Positions 36,500-46,419 are shown, counted from the stretch's first letter. The stretch: DNA of 55,276 bases from Fibrobacterales bacterium (GCA_051532055.1 JAOPTX010000035.1:1-55276), one strand, 5' to 3'. Numbers and translations: made by a program. The notes: a model not told the origin generated them from the letters alone.

Positions 36500-37751
36500 C
36501 TACAAGGTTTGGAAGAGTGGCCCACTTAATGGGGATGTTGTTATATCAGGCGCAAAGAATGCGGTACTACCGGTTCTTGCTGCAACCCTTCTGGCAGATG
36601 GTGTTTCCGAAATAACGAATGTACCGCGTCTCAAAGATGTGAAAACTATGTGTAATGTGATGCGAGTTCTAGGTATGAAGATTGACTCTTCTCCTGGGGC
36701 CCTCAAGCTTGATTCATCTAATGTTACCCATCTTGAAGCTCCCTACGAACTAGTTAAGACTATGAGGGCCTCAATTTATGTGTTAGGTCCCTTGGTCGCT
36801 CGTTTTGGAAAGGCTCGTGTTTCACTTCCTGGTGGTTGTGCCTGGGGGCCTCGCCCTGTAGACCTTCACATTAAAGGTATGGAGGCACTGGGTGCACATA
36901 TTGAAGTGAAGCATGGATATATCGAAGCGACTTGTGATCGGCTTCAGGGTGCAGAAATAAATTTTCCTATCTCGTCAGTAGGCGCAACGGCAAATATATT
37001 AATGGCAACAACCCTAGCAAAGGGAACTTCGGTACTTAATAATGCTGCAATGGAGCCAGAAATCACCGCTCTTTGTGACTACCTTATTGGAATGGGAGCA
37101 AAAATTTCGGGTGTTGGTACCAAAACATTAATTATTGAAGGGGTTGAAACATTAAACCCTGGTAAAGGTAAAACAATTCCTGACCGCATTGAAGCGGGAA
37201 CCTTTTTAGTTGGTGGTGCTATAACTCGTGGACGAGTAAAAATTACCAATGCAGAGCCGAAAGACCTTAAAGCGGTACTCGAAGTACTTGAACAAATGGG
37301 TTGTGCACTTGAAGTGGGTGATGATTATGTTGTTGTTGATGCTCGAGATTGTGAGTTGAAACCCGTGAATGTTATTACGAACCCCCATCCGGCTTTTCCA
37401 ACTGATATGCAGGCACAATTTATGGCGCTCCTCTCAACGGTTCCTGGGACTTGTATTGTTCAAGACAATATTTATCATGATCGTTTTTCTCATATGTCTG
37501 AATTACAGAGACTGGGTGCTGATATTGCTCTGAATGAAAATAGTGCAACTATCAATGGTGGGGCTGACATGAGCGGTGCACCAGTGATGGCATCTGATTT
37601 ACGTGCTTCTGCTGCATTAGTACTTGCTGGCCTTGTTGCTGAAGGTGAAACGGAGATCTCTCGGATTTATCACATGGATCGAGGATATGAATATTTTGAG
37701 AAAAAGATTACCGGGCTTGGTGGTAAGATCGAACGTATCGTTGAAGGCTGA
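36492..37751 (+). CDS. murA: UDP-N-acetylglucosamine 1-carboxyvinyltransferase
   Basis: GAKNA, MRAS, LPGGCAWGPRPVDLH, SVGAT, DRIEAGT, FPTDMQ, DLRA. Confidence 0.98.
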   Translation: MDSYKVWKSGPLNGDVVISGAKNAVLPVLAATLLADGVSEITNVPRLKDVKTMCNVMRVLGMKIDSSPGALKLDSSNVTHLEAPYELVKTMRASIYVLGPLVARFGKARVSLPGGCAWGPRPVDLHIKGMEALGAHIEVKHGYIEATCDRLQGAEINFPISSVGATANILMATTLAKGTSVLNNAAMEPEITALCDYLIGMGAKISGVGTKTLIIEGVETLNPGKGKTIPDRIEAGTFLVGGAITRGRVKITNAEPKDLKAVLEVLEQMGCALEVGDDYVVVDARDCELKPVNVITNPHPAFPTDMQAQFMALLSTVPGTCIVQDNIYHDRFSHMSELQRLGADIALNENSATINGGADMSGAPVMASDLRASAALVLAGLVAEGETEISRIYHMDRGYEYFEKKITGLGGKIERIVEG

Positions 37752-37782
37752 TGCCTAGATTTATATAATTTCGCATTTCTAT

Positions 37783-37808
37783 GGAGGCCCAATGGGCCTC
37801 CTTTTTTT
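37783..37808 (+). terminator. Rho-independent terminator of murA
   Basis: GGAGGCCC-AAT-GGGCCTCC followed by a T tract. Confidence 0.88.
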
Positions 37809-39621
37809 ATGGGTCGACTTGAATAAGAGGGAATGATCCTTGAGAACTTTCGTCATCTTCAAATGAATCGGCTATGGGCGAATAGGTATAGAAGTCGACC
37901 TTATCTTCGAGGGGCTTAAAGATATAATACCGAAGAAGCATCACTTCATTTGAATCACATTGATAGTCGGTCATATAGTTATAAGAGACGCCACCCTCTG
38001 GTCCTGAAGTAGTCCAGTGTGCTTCTCTACCACAAGAATGGCCAGCGTTAGTTAATACGATGTTATCATGCTGTTCGATAACATTAGTAACCACCCAATC
38101 ACGTTCAGTGGTGTCATGGGTGGCTATGATTACTTTTCGATTAGGGTGTTGTGAGATGATATCATTTGCCCAGTGGAGGGGGCCTTTGTCGGTTACATTG
38201 AGAAATTGATCATAGGATTGAATATTGATAAATAGGTACTTTTCACCGTAAAAGGTGAAAAGTTGGTAGGTGTTGAGGGTGCCGTTGTAATCGCCGCCCC
38301 ACCAAATTTCGTGGTCAAAATTTGTGATAGGGAAATATTCATTGAGCATTCCCGGGTCATCATGGTTGCCTTGATTTACTATGAATGGGACTTCTCCATA
38401 GAGTTTGTTCCATACTTCTGATGTTGCATTCCATTCACCTCGATTATTCCACGTTTCAGTAATGTCGCCAAGGCCTTGTACAAATTTAATATTGAGTTGG
38501 TCTTTAATGGTGATAATCCAATCAAATGCTCCATGCATGTGGCTGATTGGTGCTGATGCTCTATTTTGAGAGTAGTGTTGGGTATCTGGGATGACTACAA
38601 GAGCCCATTCACCTTTCGATACGTCTGCACAGTGGGGGAGGTTGAGGCAACGGTTTGGAGGGGTTTCTCCAGTTGTGCTCATTGTCGTTGAATTAGCGTC
38701 ACTTTGGGTGAATGTTGTATGAGCCTCGAGCCAGAGGGTGTACTCAGTTCCACTGATGAGGTTATTAATGGTAAAAAGAGAAGTAGTATCTGAAAAAGTG
38801 AGGATAGGGTCATTAGGCTTGGTATCAGATGTTCCCGCATAGAGAAGATAGTGAGATGCAAGGGTGTCTAGCGGGAGCCAGGAAAGGGTGATAGTTGAAT
38901 CGTTGGCCGAAATGGCAGTAATTTGGGGGGCTATTGGTTGGTTGAGCGGATAATTAGTGAATTGAATCCAATCGATATCCCCCGCTCCGGAGACATGATT
39001 GGCAATCATATACAAGTCATGAATACCTGATTGGGGTTCAATAGCAACATGTTGCTGCTTAAAATCTGACCAACTATCAGTTTGATTCATAAGTATGTCT
39101 GCAACTAAAGTACCATCAGGGCTATCAATACGAAATTCTATTCGAGCATTATCATAATTTTGAGCAGCATTTAGCACAAGAGATTGAGATTTGTCACCAA
39201 AGTTTATTGAGGGGTATTTGATAATATCTCCTGTTTTAAATACTCGGATAAAGTTTCCCGTTGCTCCGACAGCAGTCATGTCAATAGTTGGAGAAAGGGC
39301 CTCTCCAGATTCAGCTTCAATTCTTGATCCATCTATGGGGATAAATGCGAGGTGCGAGCTTGAAAATATCAATTGTTCAATGCTACTCAACTCATTTTCT
39401 GATGAGGAACTTGGGGGCGCCTCCAGAGATGATAAGGATATTTCTTCAGAGGATAGCGACGATGACTCGGCTGATTCAGCTGATATTGGGTGGGCATCAT
39501 GGTCGTAGGAGCTTTCAAGCGTTTCGGATGACGAACTTTCTAAGTCTAGAATGTCTTTAGGAGTATCGCTACAGCATATGAGGCAGAGTGTACAGGATAG
39601 TAGTGCAGACAGTGATTTCAT
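37807..39621 (-). CDS. Lipoprotein: Ser-rich linker, CBM6-like domain, FN3 domain, metallophosphoesterase
   Basis: Lipobox-like LICC; IEAES...IEFRIDSPDG...W..F...G.HDLY...IDW.QF; LSW...L.SGTEY; PDTQ, LGD, GNHD, THD, AGH. Confidence 0.82.
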   Translation of the reverse strand: MKSLSALLSCTLCLICCSDTPKDILDLESSSSETLESSYDHDAHPISAESAESSSLSSEEISLSSLEAPPSSSSENELSSIEQLIFSSSHLAFIPIDGSRIEAESGEALSPTIDMTAVGATGNFIRVFKTGDIIKYPSINFGDKSQSLVLNAAQNYDNARIEFRIDSPDGTLVADILMNQTDSWSDFKQQHVAIEPQSGIHDLYMIANHVSGAGDIDWIQFTNYPLNQPIAPQITAISANDSTITLSWLPLDTLASHYLLYAGTSDTKPNDPILTFSDTTSLFTINNLISGTEYTLWLEAHTTFTQSDANSTTMSTTGETPPNRCLNLPHCADVSKGEWALVVIPDTQHYSQNRASAPISHMHGAFDWIITIKDQLNIKFVQGLGDITETWNNRGEWNATSEVWNKLYGEVPFIVNQGNHDDPGMLNEYFPITNFDHEIWWGGDYNGTLNTYQLFTFYGEKYLFINIQSYDQFLNVTDKGPLHWANDIISQHPNRKVIIATHDTTERDWVVTNVIEQHDNIVLTNAGHSCGREAHWTTSGPEGGVSYNYMTDYQCDSNEVMLLRYYIFKPLEDKVDFYTYSPIADSFEDDESSQGSFPLIQVDP

Positions 39622-39847
39622 TGCTAACCTCTTATGTGAGTATTGAGTAACGCCTATTTAAAGTAACATAAAAGAAGTTGATACTATTGCGATTGGCTTA
39701 TAGGTCGTGTAATATGGTTGACACTTGTTGACATAGGAAGAGAAGCGCCATCTTTCTTATTGATTTTTTTTTGTAAAATAAACGAAGTTGGGTAATAAAA
39801 AGGGTATTCTAAGTTTGGGCGAACGGCCTTGTTACCAGGATAAAAAG

Positions 39848-40177
39848 TTAACTATTTTTGTTGTCTGAATGAGGGATGGATGATTCTGAAGCTTGTGATA
39901 TAAAAAATGTACCAAACTCTAGTAGGTCATGGAGTTCAAGAACTTCCGGTTGATCAAACCCAATGGTAAGGTCTGCACCTTTAAATCGATAGTAAACTGC
40001 TTTTAATCCGCCGCTATCTTTTGTTAAATTAAAGTTTGTATTTTGAACCATGGTAAAGAAATCAATAATCTCTTTTGAGTCCATGCAGATAGATAGGTTT
40101 CCAAACTCAACGCTGTATTTACCGCAGTCGCTGCATGAGCTTATTCTACCATTTTCAGTTTCATAATATGTTGTCAT
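39848..40177 (-). CDS. DUF6686-like small protein with CxxC
   Basis: NG.IS.CSDC..Y.VEFGN...F...E..EL..LL. ATG at 40177 preferred. Confidence 0.65.
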   Translation of the reverse strand: MTTYYETENGRISSCSDCGKYSVEFGNLSICMDSKEIIDFFTMVQNTNFNLTKDSGGLKAVYYRFKGADLTIGFDQPEVLELHDLLEFGTFFISQASESSIPHSDNKNS

Positions 40178-40194
40178 ATAATGAAGCCCCACTA

Positions 40195-40219
40195 TTTGTC
40201 TACTATTAATATAGACAAA
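40195..40219. promoter_or_regulatory. Palindromic operator candidate
   Basis: TTTGTCTA-C-TATTAATA-TAGACAAA. Confidence 0.55.
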
Positions 40220-40269
40220 GTTGTGATGGCTAGTATCTCTCTGAATCAATGATTACAAGGCTGTATGAT

Positions 40270-40302
40270 AAAATAAAAGAGCCTCCCTATAAAAGGGAGG
40301 CT
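40270..40302 (-). terminator. Terminator downstream of glmM
   Basis: AGCCTCCCT/AGGGAGGCT stem followed on the minus strand by CTTTTATTTT. Confidence 0.8.
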
Positions 40303-40348
40303 TCAGTGACTGTTTGGGTATTTTAGGTTGCTGCGTGTGGGGGAGTGA

Positions 40349-41695
40349 TCACTCGGCCATTGCGTCTTCAATTTTCTTACAGAGTGCATCAGCCTCTTCG
40401 GTAGTAGGTGCTTCACTCATAAGTCTGAGGATGGGCTCGGTGTTAGATGCACGAACATGGACCCAGGCATTATCATAATCAATCCAGACTCCATCTTGAG
40501 TATCGATGTTTAAGTCTTTGAATTTTTCAGCCAGTGCATCGTAAATATCTTGAATTGAGCCTTCTGGACGCGCAATTTTATGTTTTGCCATTACATAGGC
40601 AGGGGTAGAACTGACAAAATCTTCGATTGTTTTATTATTTTCGGCCATCCATTGAAGGACGAGGGCGACAGAAACAATTGCATCACGTCCGTAGTGGAGG
40701 TCAGGTAAAATAACACCACCATTGCCTTCACCGCCAATAGCACTACCATTGGCTTTCATGACAGTACTCACATTAATTTCGCCGACCTTTGATCTAATAA
40801 GTTCACGGCCATGTTTGGCAGCAATGTCATTGTTCATTCGACTTGTAGATAGGTTTACCGTTACAGGGCCTTTTTTGTGAGTACATACAAGGTCAGTTGC
40901 TATTGCAAGTGTGTACTCTTCGCCCACCGCTCGTCCTTTTTCACTCACAAGTGCACAACGGTCTGCATCTGGATCTGTAGCAAAGCCAACGGCACAACCA
41001 TTGGCTTTAACAAGCGCCTCGAGGTCGGTTAGACTTTCGGGGGTGGGTTCTGGTCCGCGAGGGAAGGTTCCATCCGGATCAGTGTAGATAGAATAGGTTT
41101 CACAGCCCAATTCTTTGAGAAGGGCTGGGATGATATAGGAGCCGGCGGCATTGACACCATCAAAGGCTACTTTAAACTTTTTTGATTTTATGAGATCGAC
41201 ATCTATAAAGGGGAGTTCTAATGTTTTTTGTATGTGATAGGCGTCAGTATCTGTTGCCTTGGATGATGTGCCGAGACGAGTATAATCTGTCCAGATTGAT
41301 TCTCCATTGTCTACAATGTCAAAAAGTTGTTCAATCTCTTCTTGTACCAGAAAGGTTCCATCACCTTTAAGGAGTTTAAGGGCGTTCCATTCAACAGGAT
41401 TGTGGCTCGCTGTAATAACGATACCACCATCAGCTCCTTCCTTAACTACAGCCATTTCAACGGTGGGTGTTGAAGAAATACCAAGCATGATCACGTCAAC
41501 CCCCATTGCTTCACAGGCAGAGGCAACAATGCGTTCATAGTGTTCGCCAGTAGGGCGACTATCCCGACCAATAACAATTTTTTTTGCTTTGGTAACTTGA
41601 ATAAAAGCATTGGTGTATTTAGTCATCACTTGAGGATCGAGTGTGTCGCCAACGACACCACGGATACCAGAAATTGAACGCATTAACATAGACAT
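40349..41695 (-). CDS. glmM: Phosphoglucosamine mutase / phosphohexomutase
   Basis: SISGIRG, GRDSR, TASHNP, DPDADR, GGEGNGG, RASNTEP. ATG at 41695 follows AAAGGA. Confidence 0.9.
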   Translation of the reverse strand: MSMLMRSISGIRGVVGDTLDPQVMTKYTNAFIQVTKAKKIVIGRDSRPTGEHYERIVASACEAMGVDVIMLGISSTPTVEMAVVKEGADGGIVITASHNPVEWNALKLLKGDGTFLVQEEIEQLFDIVDNGESIWTDYTRLGTSSKATDTDAYHIQKTLELPFIDVDLIKSKKFKVAFDGVNAAGSYIIPALLKELGCETYSIYTDPDGTFPRGPEPTPESLTDLEALVKANGCAVGFATDPDADRCALVSEKGRAVGEEYTLAIATDLVCTHKKGPVTVNLSTSRMNNDIAAKHGRELIRSKVGEINVSTVMKANGSAIGGEGNGGVILPDLHYGRDAIVSVALVLQWMAENNKTIEDFVSSTPAYVMAKHKIARPEGSIQDIYDALAEKFKDLNIDTQDGVWIDYDNAWVHVRASNTEPILRLMSEAPTTEEADALCKKIEDAMAE

Positions 41696-41790
41696 TGGAG
41701 GAATTCCTTTCATTTGGCCCACTTTGAGCCTGATTTTCTGTAATAGTATAATTTTTAGTAAAAATAACAATTGTTTTACTTGTGAAACCA

Positions 41791-41819
41791 TTGGCAAACC
41801 TTTGAATTGTTATTATCAT
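41791..41819 (+). promoter_or_regulatory. Sigma-70 promoter of rpmB
   Basis: TTGGCA-N17-TATCAT. Confidence 0.6.
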
Positions 41820-41845
41820 TGTCCAGCAAAGTCAAGGAGATTATT

Positions 41846-42067
41846 ATGAGCCGCAAATGCGACGTTACAGGCAAAACTGGATTAGTTGGGAACATGGTTT
41901 CTCACTCTCAGCGTAAACAGCTGATGAAGCAACAGCCAAATTTGCACAGAAAGAAGTTTTATATCCCAGAAGAAGACAGATGGGTGACTCTTAAAGTAAG
42001 TGCTGCAGGTTTGAGAACTATCAACAAAAATGGTATTGCTGCAGTAGCAAAGAAAATTGGTGTATAG
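41846..42067 (+). CDS. rpmB: 50S ribosomal protein L28
   Basis: MSRKCDVTGK...GNMVSHS...PNL...LKVSA.GLRTI.K; AAGGAG SD. Confidence 0.97.
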   Translation: MSRKCDVTGKTGLVGNMVSHSQRKQLMKQQPNLHRKKFYIPEEDRWVTLKVSAAGLRTINKNGIAAVAKKIGV

Positions 42068-42094
42068 TTAAAAAACTGTTGTTAACAAAATCTT

Positions 42095-42127
42095 AAAGGC
42101 ATGAGATGAACTTCTCATGCCTTTTTT
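42095..42127 (+). terminator. Terminator of rpmB
   Basis: AAAGGCATGAGA-TGAACT-TCTCATGCCTTT followed by TTT. Confidence 0.88.
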
Positions 42128-42173
42128 CCGTTTTTATGGTATCATATTCAAAACATTGCCTTTTGAGTCTAAT

Positions 42174-43694
42174 ATGGTACTATTTTCATCTCATTTCATT
42201 CTTTTGCTCTTTCTTTTCTTCGTGTCTAACCTTTCTGCGCAAGAGGATGTCGTTGCTCATAGCGGGCCAATTCTTTCAGCTGCAGAGGTTTTCATGCTTG
42301 AATCTGCTGGTTTTTCTCAAGAGCAGATTGATGCAGGTGGACAAAAATTACTTGTTGCATTGAATGAAGAGTCTCTCGATGATGAAAGAGATGATGACGC
42401 TGATTCAGAGGAAGAGGATGATGATGAGGACGACGATGATGAACTAATTATTCCTCCAATAGAAAGTGATGGAAATTTTTCTACTCAAAGTCGAGAAATG
42501 TTAACCTTGCAAGGGTTGACTCCAGCACAAATAACACAATATGAGGAGATGCTTCGAGCGCAACAGGATCAAATGCAAAATGTTGAGCCTCCCAAACTCG
42601 GTCCAGATGGTAATCTCAGTGAGAGTGATAAAGAGTTTCTGCGATCTCAAGGGTATCAAGATTCAGATATTATACAGTATGAAATACAATTGCAGATGCT
42701 TAAGGTACAACCTGTCTTGGGAGATAATGATTCAATTTCTCTCTCGGTTCGTGAAGCCTTGCTCTTTCAGGGGTATTCTGAAGCGGATATCATTAAGATA
42801 GAGAAGACTCTTCAAAAAGCACAAGGTTTTAAGCCGGTAGGAAGTGTCCCTCTTGACTCTGCGAGAACGTTTACCTTTGATTATGAACTGAATCCTTATT
42901 TCACTTTTCTTGGTTTTGGAAAACTCTTTACGGATCCAACTGTGTTGGAGGCTGGGGAAGAAGAGGGTGTTTATGGGTATCTTGGCAAAAATTTTATTTT
43001 TCCCAAATTTGTGACCCTACAATTGAGCGTGAATCCATTCCCGAATATTGGTGTGTATGTTAAAAAGAGTCACACTGATAAAGACGGGTATGATAATTCC
43101 TGGTATGGACCACTTATAACATCGGTCACAGCAGGGTTCCCAGATGCCGGTGCTCTCTCACTCTTTTTGGGGAATCGAGTTTTTAGTGGCGTGAGAGAAA
43201 CAGGAGCCATCACTGGTCAGGGATTTGGTGGAGCACTGATAAATTATGGGCCACTGCATATTGTTAATAGTAAGTATGTGAGAGATGATTGGTTGGAGCT
43301 TGAATCAAAAATGAAGGGTGCTGACTTGAGTGAGATGAAACAAATCTCATTTAGTTTTAGGTTGGGTGGTAAAATTCATTCACATAACGAAATAAACAAT
43401 ACCTTATTTGTTTCTTTAAAACGTGATAGAACCGATAAAGACAATAGCGATTTTTTCTCATTTAAAAATTCAGATCAAGAGGTGCGGCTTGATGTATTGA
43501 TGGATGATTTTTTGAAGGCAACGCAGTTTACCTTTGTTTTTGGCAAAAAAATACCCATTTTTGATGGTGAGTATGTGCTCTCTCTCTCTCTGGGGGCACT
43601 ACAAATTCGAACTGCTGGTTATGAAGGCAGTTTGAGACAAGAAGTCGAAGGTACTGGTTGGACCTTTGTGTTTCGGCCCAATGTACTCTTCTAG
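42174..43694 (+). CDS. Hypothetical exported protein: acidic tract, four helical repeats, C-terminal barrel-like domain
   Basis: Signal peptide from ATG 42174 (the ATG at 42117 lies inside the terminator); poly-D/E tract; terminal Phe. Confidence 0.75.
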   Translation: MVLFSSHFILLLFLFFVSNLSAQEDVVAHSGPILSAAEVFMLESAGFSQEQIDAGGQKLLVALNEESLDDERDDDADSEEEDDDEDDDDELIIPPIESDGNFSTQSREMLTLQGLTPAQITQYEEMLRAQQDQMQNVEPPKLGPDGNLSESDKEFLRSQGYQDSDIIQYEIQLQMLKVQPVLGDNDSISLSVREALLFQGYSEADIIKIEKTLQKAQGFKPVGSVPLDSARTFTFDYELNPYFTFLGFGKLFTDPTVLEAGEEEGVYGYLGKNFIFPKFVTLQLSVNPFPNIGVYVKKSHTDKDGYDNSWYGPLITSVTAGFPDAGALSLFLGNRVFSGVRETGAITGQGFGGALINYGPLHIVNSKYVRDDWLELESKMKGADLSEMKQISFSFRLGGKIHSHNEINNTLFVSLKRDRTDKDNSDFFSFKNSDQEVRLDVLMDDFLKATQFTFVFGKKIPIFDGEYVLSLSLGALQIRTAGYEGSLRQEVEGTGWTFVFRPNVLF

Positions 43695-43703
43695 AGGGGG
43701 CTG

Positions 43704-44339
43704 TTATTTAAGGTAGTTAACCGATACCCCAAGTTTTTCCATAGATTGAAAAAAGGTGCCCATCTGAAGGTCGGTTTGTTTAAAGCGTTTTCTAAGAATT
43801 GCTACAAAAACTTCTCTGAGAATTTCACAGTCATAGAGAGCTCGGTGTAGGTTCTCAGAATCGAGAGTAATATTCATCTGTCTTCTCAAGCGTTTTGCAA
43901 GGTTACCCAGTTTGTGCGACGGGGACTCTGGCATGATCTTCTTAGAAATTGCAAGACTATCAACGATAGGATTCTTAATGAGGGGGAGATTGTTCTCCGC
44001 TAATTCTGATTGGAGAAATCGTGCATCAAATGAGGCATTGTGGGCAACAAGAATGGTGCTGATTCCACAAAATTTTGAGAAGTCAGAGAGTACTCCAGAA
44101 ATACCAGGGGCATCTTCTACATCTTCATTGCTAATACCGTTGATCTGAGTTGCCTCTTCAGGAATGTGCATGGTTGGTTTAACCAGTGATTCGTAAGTGC
44201 TGATAGTTTTTGCAATAATGGTGTCTTTTTTAACTTCCAGAGTGAATTTCACTCCTGCCACTTCAATGATCTTATTGCGTGCAGCATCAAGTCCAGTAGT
44301 TTCAAGGTCAAAGGCGACAAAGGTTGCAAAAGGTATCAT
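43704..44339 (-). CDS. DEDDh 3'-5' exonuclease (DnaQ/epsilon-like)
   Basis: FDLETTG, AHNASFD, HRALYD. Confidence 0.92.
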   Translation of the reverse strand: MIPFATFVAFDLETTGLDAARNKIIEVAGVKFTLEVKKDTIIAKTISTYESLVKPTMHIPEEATQINGISNEDVEDAPGISGVLSDFSKFCGISTILVAHNASFDARFLQSELAENNLPLIKNPIVDSLAISKKIMPESPSHKLGNLAKRLRRQMNITLDSENLHRALYDCEILREVFVAILRKRFKQTDLQMGTFFQSMEKLGVSVNYLK

Positions 44340-44443
44340 GAGGGCTCCTGGGATAAGTGAATGAATAAAGGTAGAAAAAAGAGTAAAAGGATGGAGTAAG
44401 AACTGCTATTCAAGGGAGTTATTATAGCGCTAAAAAGAGGGGG

Positions 44444-44980
44444 TTACCCTTTAAATTGTTTTTGTATTAATGAACAGGTTACAGGGGAAACTGGATTGAG
44501 TGAAACAATTACCTTACTGAAAGGGAGGGGGAAATGCATTCTGTCCCAACTGTGTATACGGAGTGATTTTTTATAGGATATAGTTGCGAGGTAGAGAGGG
44601 GTGCCGCTTTGTGCATGCAACCAGGGGGCGCCATTACTACATATGCCCGCAGGGCCACGAGGGCCGTCGAGGGCGATACCGACGGAGCCGCCGTTATGCA
44701 GAGTTTTAAGGAGAGAGCGAATACTCCCTTGAAGAGATGAGCTTGATCCTTTATAGGTTGTATACCCTAATGATTGACAGAGTCGATGTGCGATACTCCC
44801 ATCGCGTGAGGCTGATATTTGGACTGTGATCGATTGGTACTTAAATGCGGCAATTGACGCGGGTAGGTCTTGGTGCCAGAGGGCAATAATACCTTGGGGT
44901 ATTCGTGGTACTGATACCCGGAGGGTTAAGAGGTAGCCTTTTAATAGTGCAGTACCGAGCGCTTCGATAAACTTGTACAT
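44444..44980 (-). CDS. DUF374 / lysophospholipid acyltransferase family protein
   Basis: LWHQ, ISASRDG, GSSS, DGPRGP, SWDR..P.PFS. Confidence 0.85.
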   Translation of the reverse strand: MYKFIEALGTALLKGYLLTLRVSVPRIPQGIIALWHQDLPASIAAFKYQSITVQISASRDGSIAHRLCQSLGYTTYKGSSSSLQGSIRSLLKTLHNGGSVGIALDGPRGPAGICSNGAPWLHAQSGTPLYLATISYKKSLRIHSWDRMHFPLPFSKVIVSLNPVSPVTCSLIQKQFKG

Positions 44981-44988
44981 AGGGATAT

Positions 44989-45699
44989 CTACTTGGTTGG
45001 ATATCTCATTTTCAAATACTCAATAGTATTATTGATGAGGGTATCAATTGTAGCTGGGGTAGTATGGTATTTTAGTGCAAGAGAGTCCAAGGAGGCATGG
45101 CTAAGAATATCGAGCAAGATACTCAATGTGTCTTGTGATAGAGGCGCTGACGAAACGAGGTGCTTCTTTGGGGTATTTGCATGAATAAGTCTTTGAGTCA
45201 AAAAATGTAAAAGGTCATGAGATTCATCATATCCCGATTGTGAAAAGAGAATAGTCCCTGTTTGTGAAACCCCAAAAAGGGCGGGAACATTACAGGCTCC
45301 CCCTGAGCAAACCGTATAATTTTTCCCTGTGGTCTGGTAGATGTCCAAAAAAACTGGAGATACTATTTGGTGTTGAGTAGCGAATTTTTGAACGTCTGCA
45401 GAGCGACTTTTAGTATCGACATTGATAAAGAGGACCGTTACTTGATCGGGGTACTTGGCCTGAAAAGCTTCGAGCAGGGGCATCTCTTTTCGGCAGGGAA
45501 TACATGAGAGGGACCAAAAATTGATGAGGGTGAGGGGCTTAGGGATGCTATTCTTAGGTTGAATATACTGTTTAAGGCCAGAGCGCATCCCTTTGAGGGT
45601 TTGAATGTAAAAAGGGGGAGCAGTCGTCCCTGGTGAGAGAAGTTCACTCCCTCCAGCAACTGAAAGGGTAAACAGAATGAGCAACCCGATTAATTTCAT
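44989..45699 (-). CDS. TlpA-family thiol-disulfide oxidoreductase
   Basis: Signal peptide; INFWSLSCIPCRKEMP; VP cis-Pro. The start could instead be 45714 or 45726. Confidence 0.85.
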   Translation of the reverse strand: MKLIGLLILFTLSVAGGSELLSPGTTAPPFYIQTLKGMRSGLKQYIQPKNSIPKPLTLINFWSLSCIPCRKEMPLLEAFQAKYPDQVTVLFINVDTKSRSADVQKFATQHQIVSPVFLDIYQTTGKNYTVCSGGACNVPALFGVSQTGTILFSQSGYDESHDLLHFLTQRLIHANTPKKHLVSSAPLSQDTLSILLDILSHASLDSLALKYHTTPATIDTLINNTIEYLKMRYPTK

Positions 45700-45792
45700 T
45701 GATAGTTTTTCCATAAACTTGTACATTCTCTCTGAAAAGATACAATATATCCTTATGAGATATGGGGTTATAGAAATCAAAGGATCAGAATA

Positions 45793-46419
45793 ATGGAGTT
45801 TTTTCAGCAGTTTTCACCGGTGCTATGGGCGCTTCCAGTAATATCGGCAAGTATTGGCTGGTTTACCAATTATTTGGCAGTCAAAATGCTCACTCGGCCA
45901 GTACAGCCTATCAAAATATTGGGCATGAGAATTCAGGGTGTTATACCGCGTCGGCATCATGATTTAGCAGAGAAGATTTCTCAAGCAGTTGCTAAAGATT
46001 TTCTTACGAGTGATGATTTAAAAGCAACTATTGCGAAAATTGATATAAAGCCTGTAATTCGGCACATGATCGAGAAGAAGTGGGAAGAAAAGATAGGTGA
46101 AATTCTCGATGTGATACCCATGATTAAGATGTTTGTACCCGAAGACAAGCTCGATATAATTAGAGATAAGATCATTGATGCTTTCTCAAATGATCACGAT
46201 TCACTGAATGAAGATTTTGCTGAGATCATATCGGGTAAGGTTGATCTCGCGGGGATAATTAAAAAGAATATTGAAGAATTTCCTTTAGAAAAATTAGAAT
46301 CAATCATCAATGAGATTGCTCAAAAAGAGTTTAAATTTATAGAGAGGCTTGGGGGGATTATAGGTTTTTTTATTGGGGTGATTCAAGTACTTCTCGTGGT
46401 AGCATTTGATGCTCAATAG
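45793..46419 (+). CDS. DUF445 (YheB-like) membrane protein
   Basis: IGWFTNYLAVKML.RP, QGVIPRR, KEFKFIE.LGG..GF.IG. Confidence 0.9.
   Translation: MEFFQQFSPVLWALPVISASIGWFTNYLAVKMLTRPVQPIKILGMRIQGVIPRRHHDLAEKISQAVAKDFLTSDDLKATIAKIDIKPVIRHMIEKKWEEKIGEILDVIPMIKMFVPEDKLDIIRDKIIDAFSNDHDSLNEDFAEIISGKVDLAGIIKKNIEEFPLEKLESIINEIAQKEFKFIERLGGIIGFFIGVIQVLLVVAFDAQ

Noticed and set aside
43578..43591. (CT)7 tract as a phase-variation site
   Set aside because: It is short, in frame, encodes LSLSL in a beta strand, and the ORF is intact.
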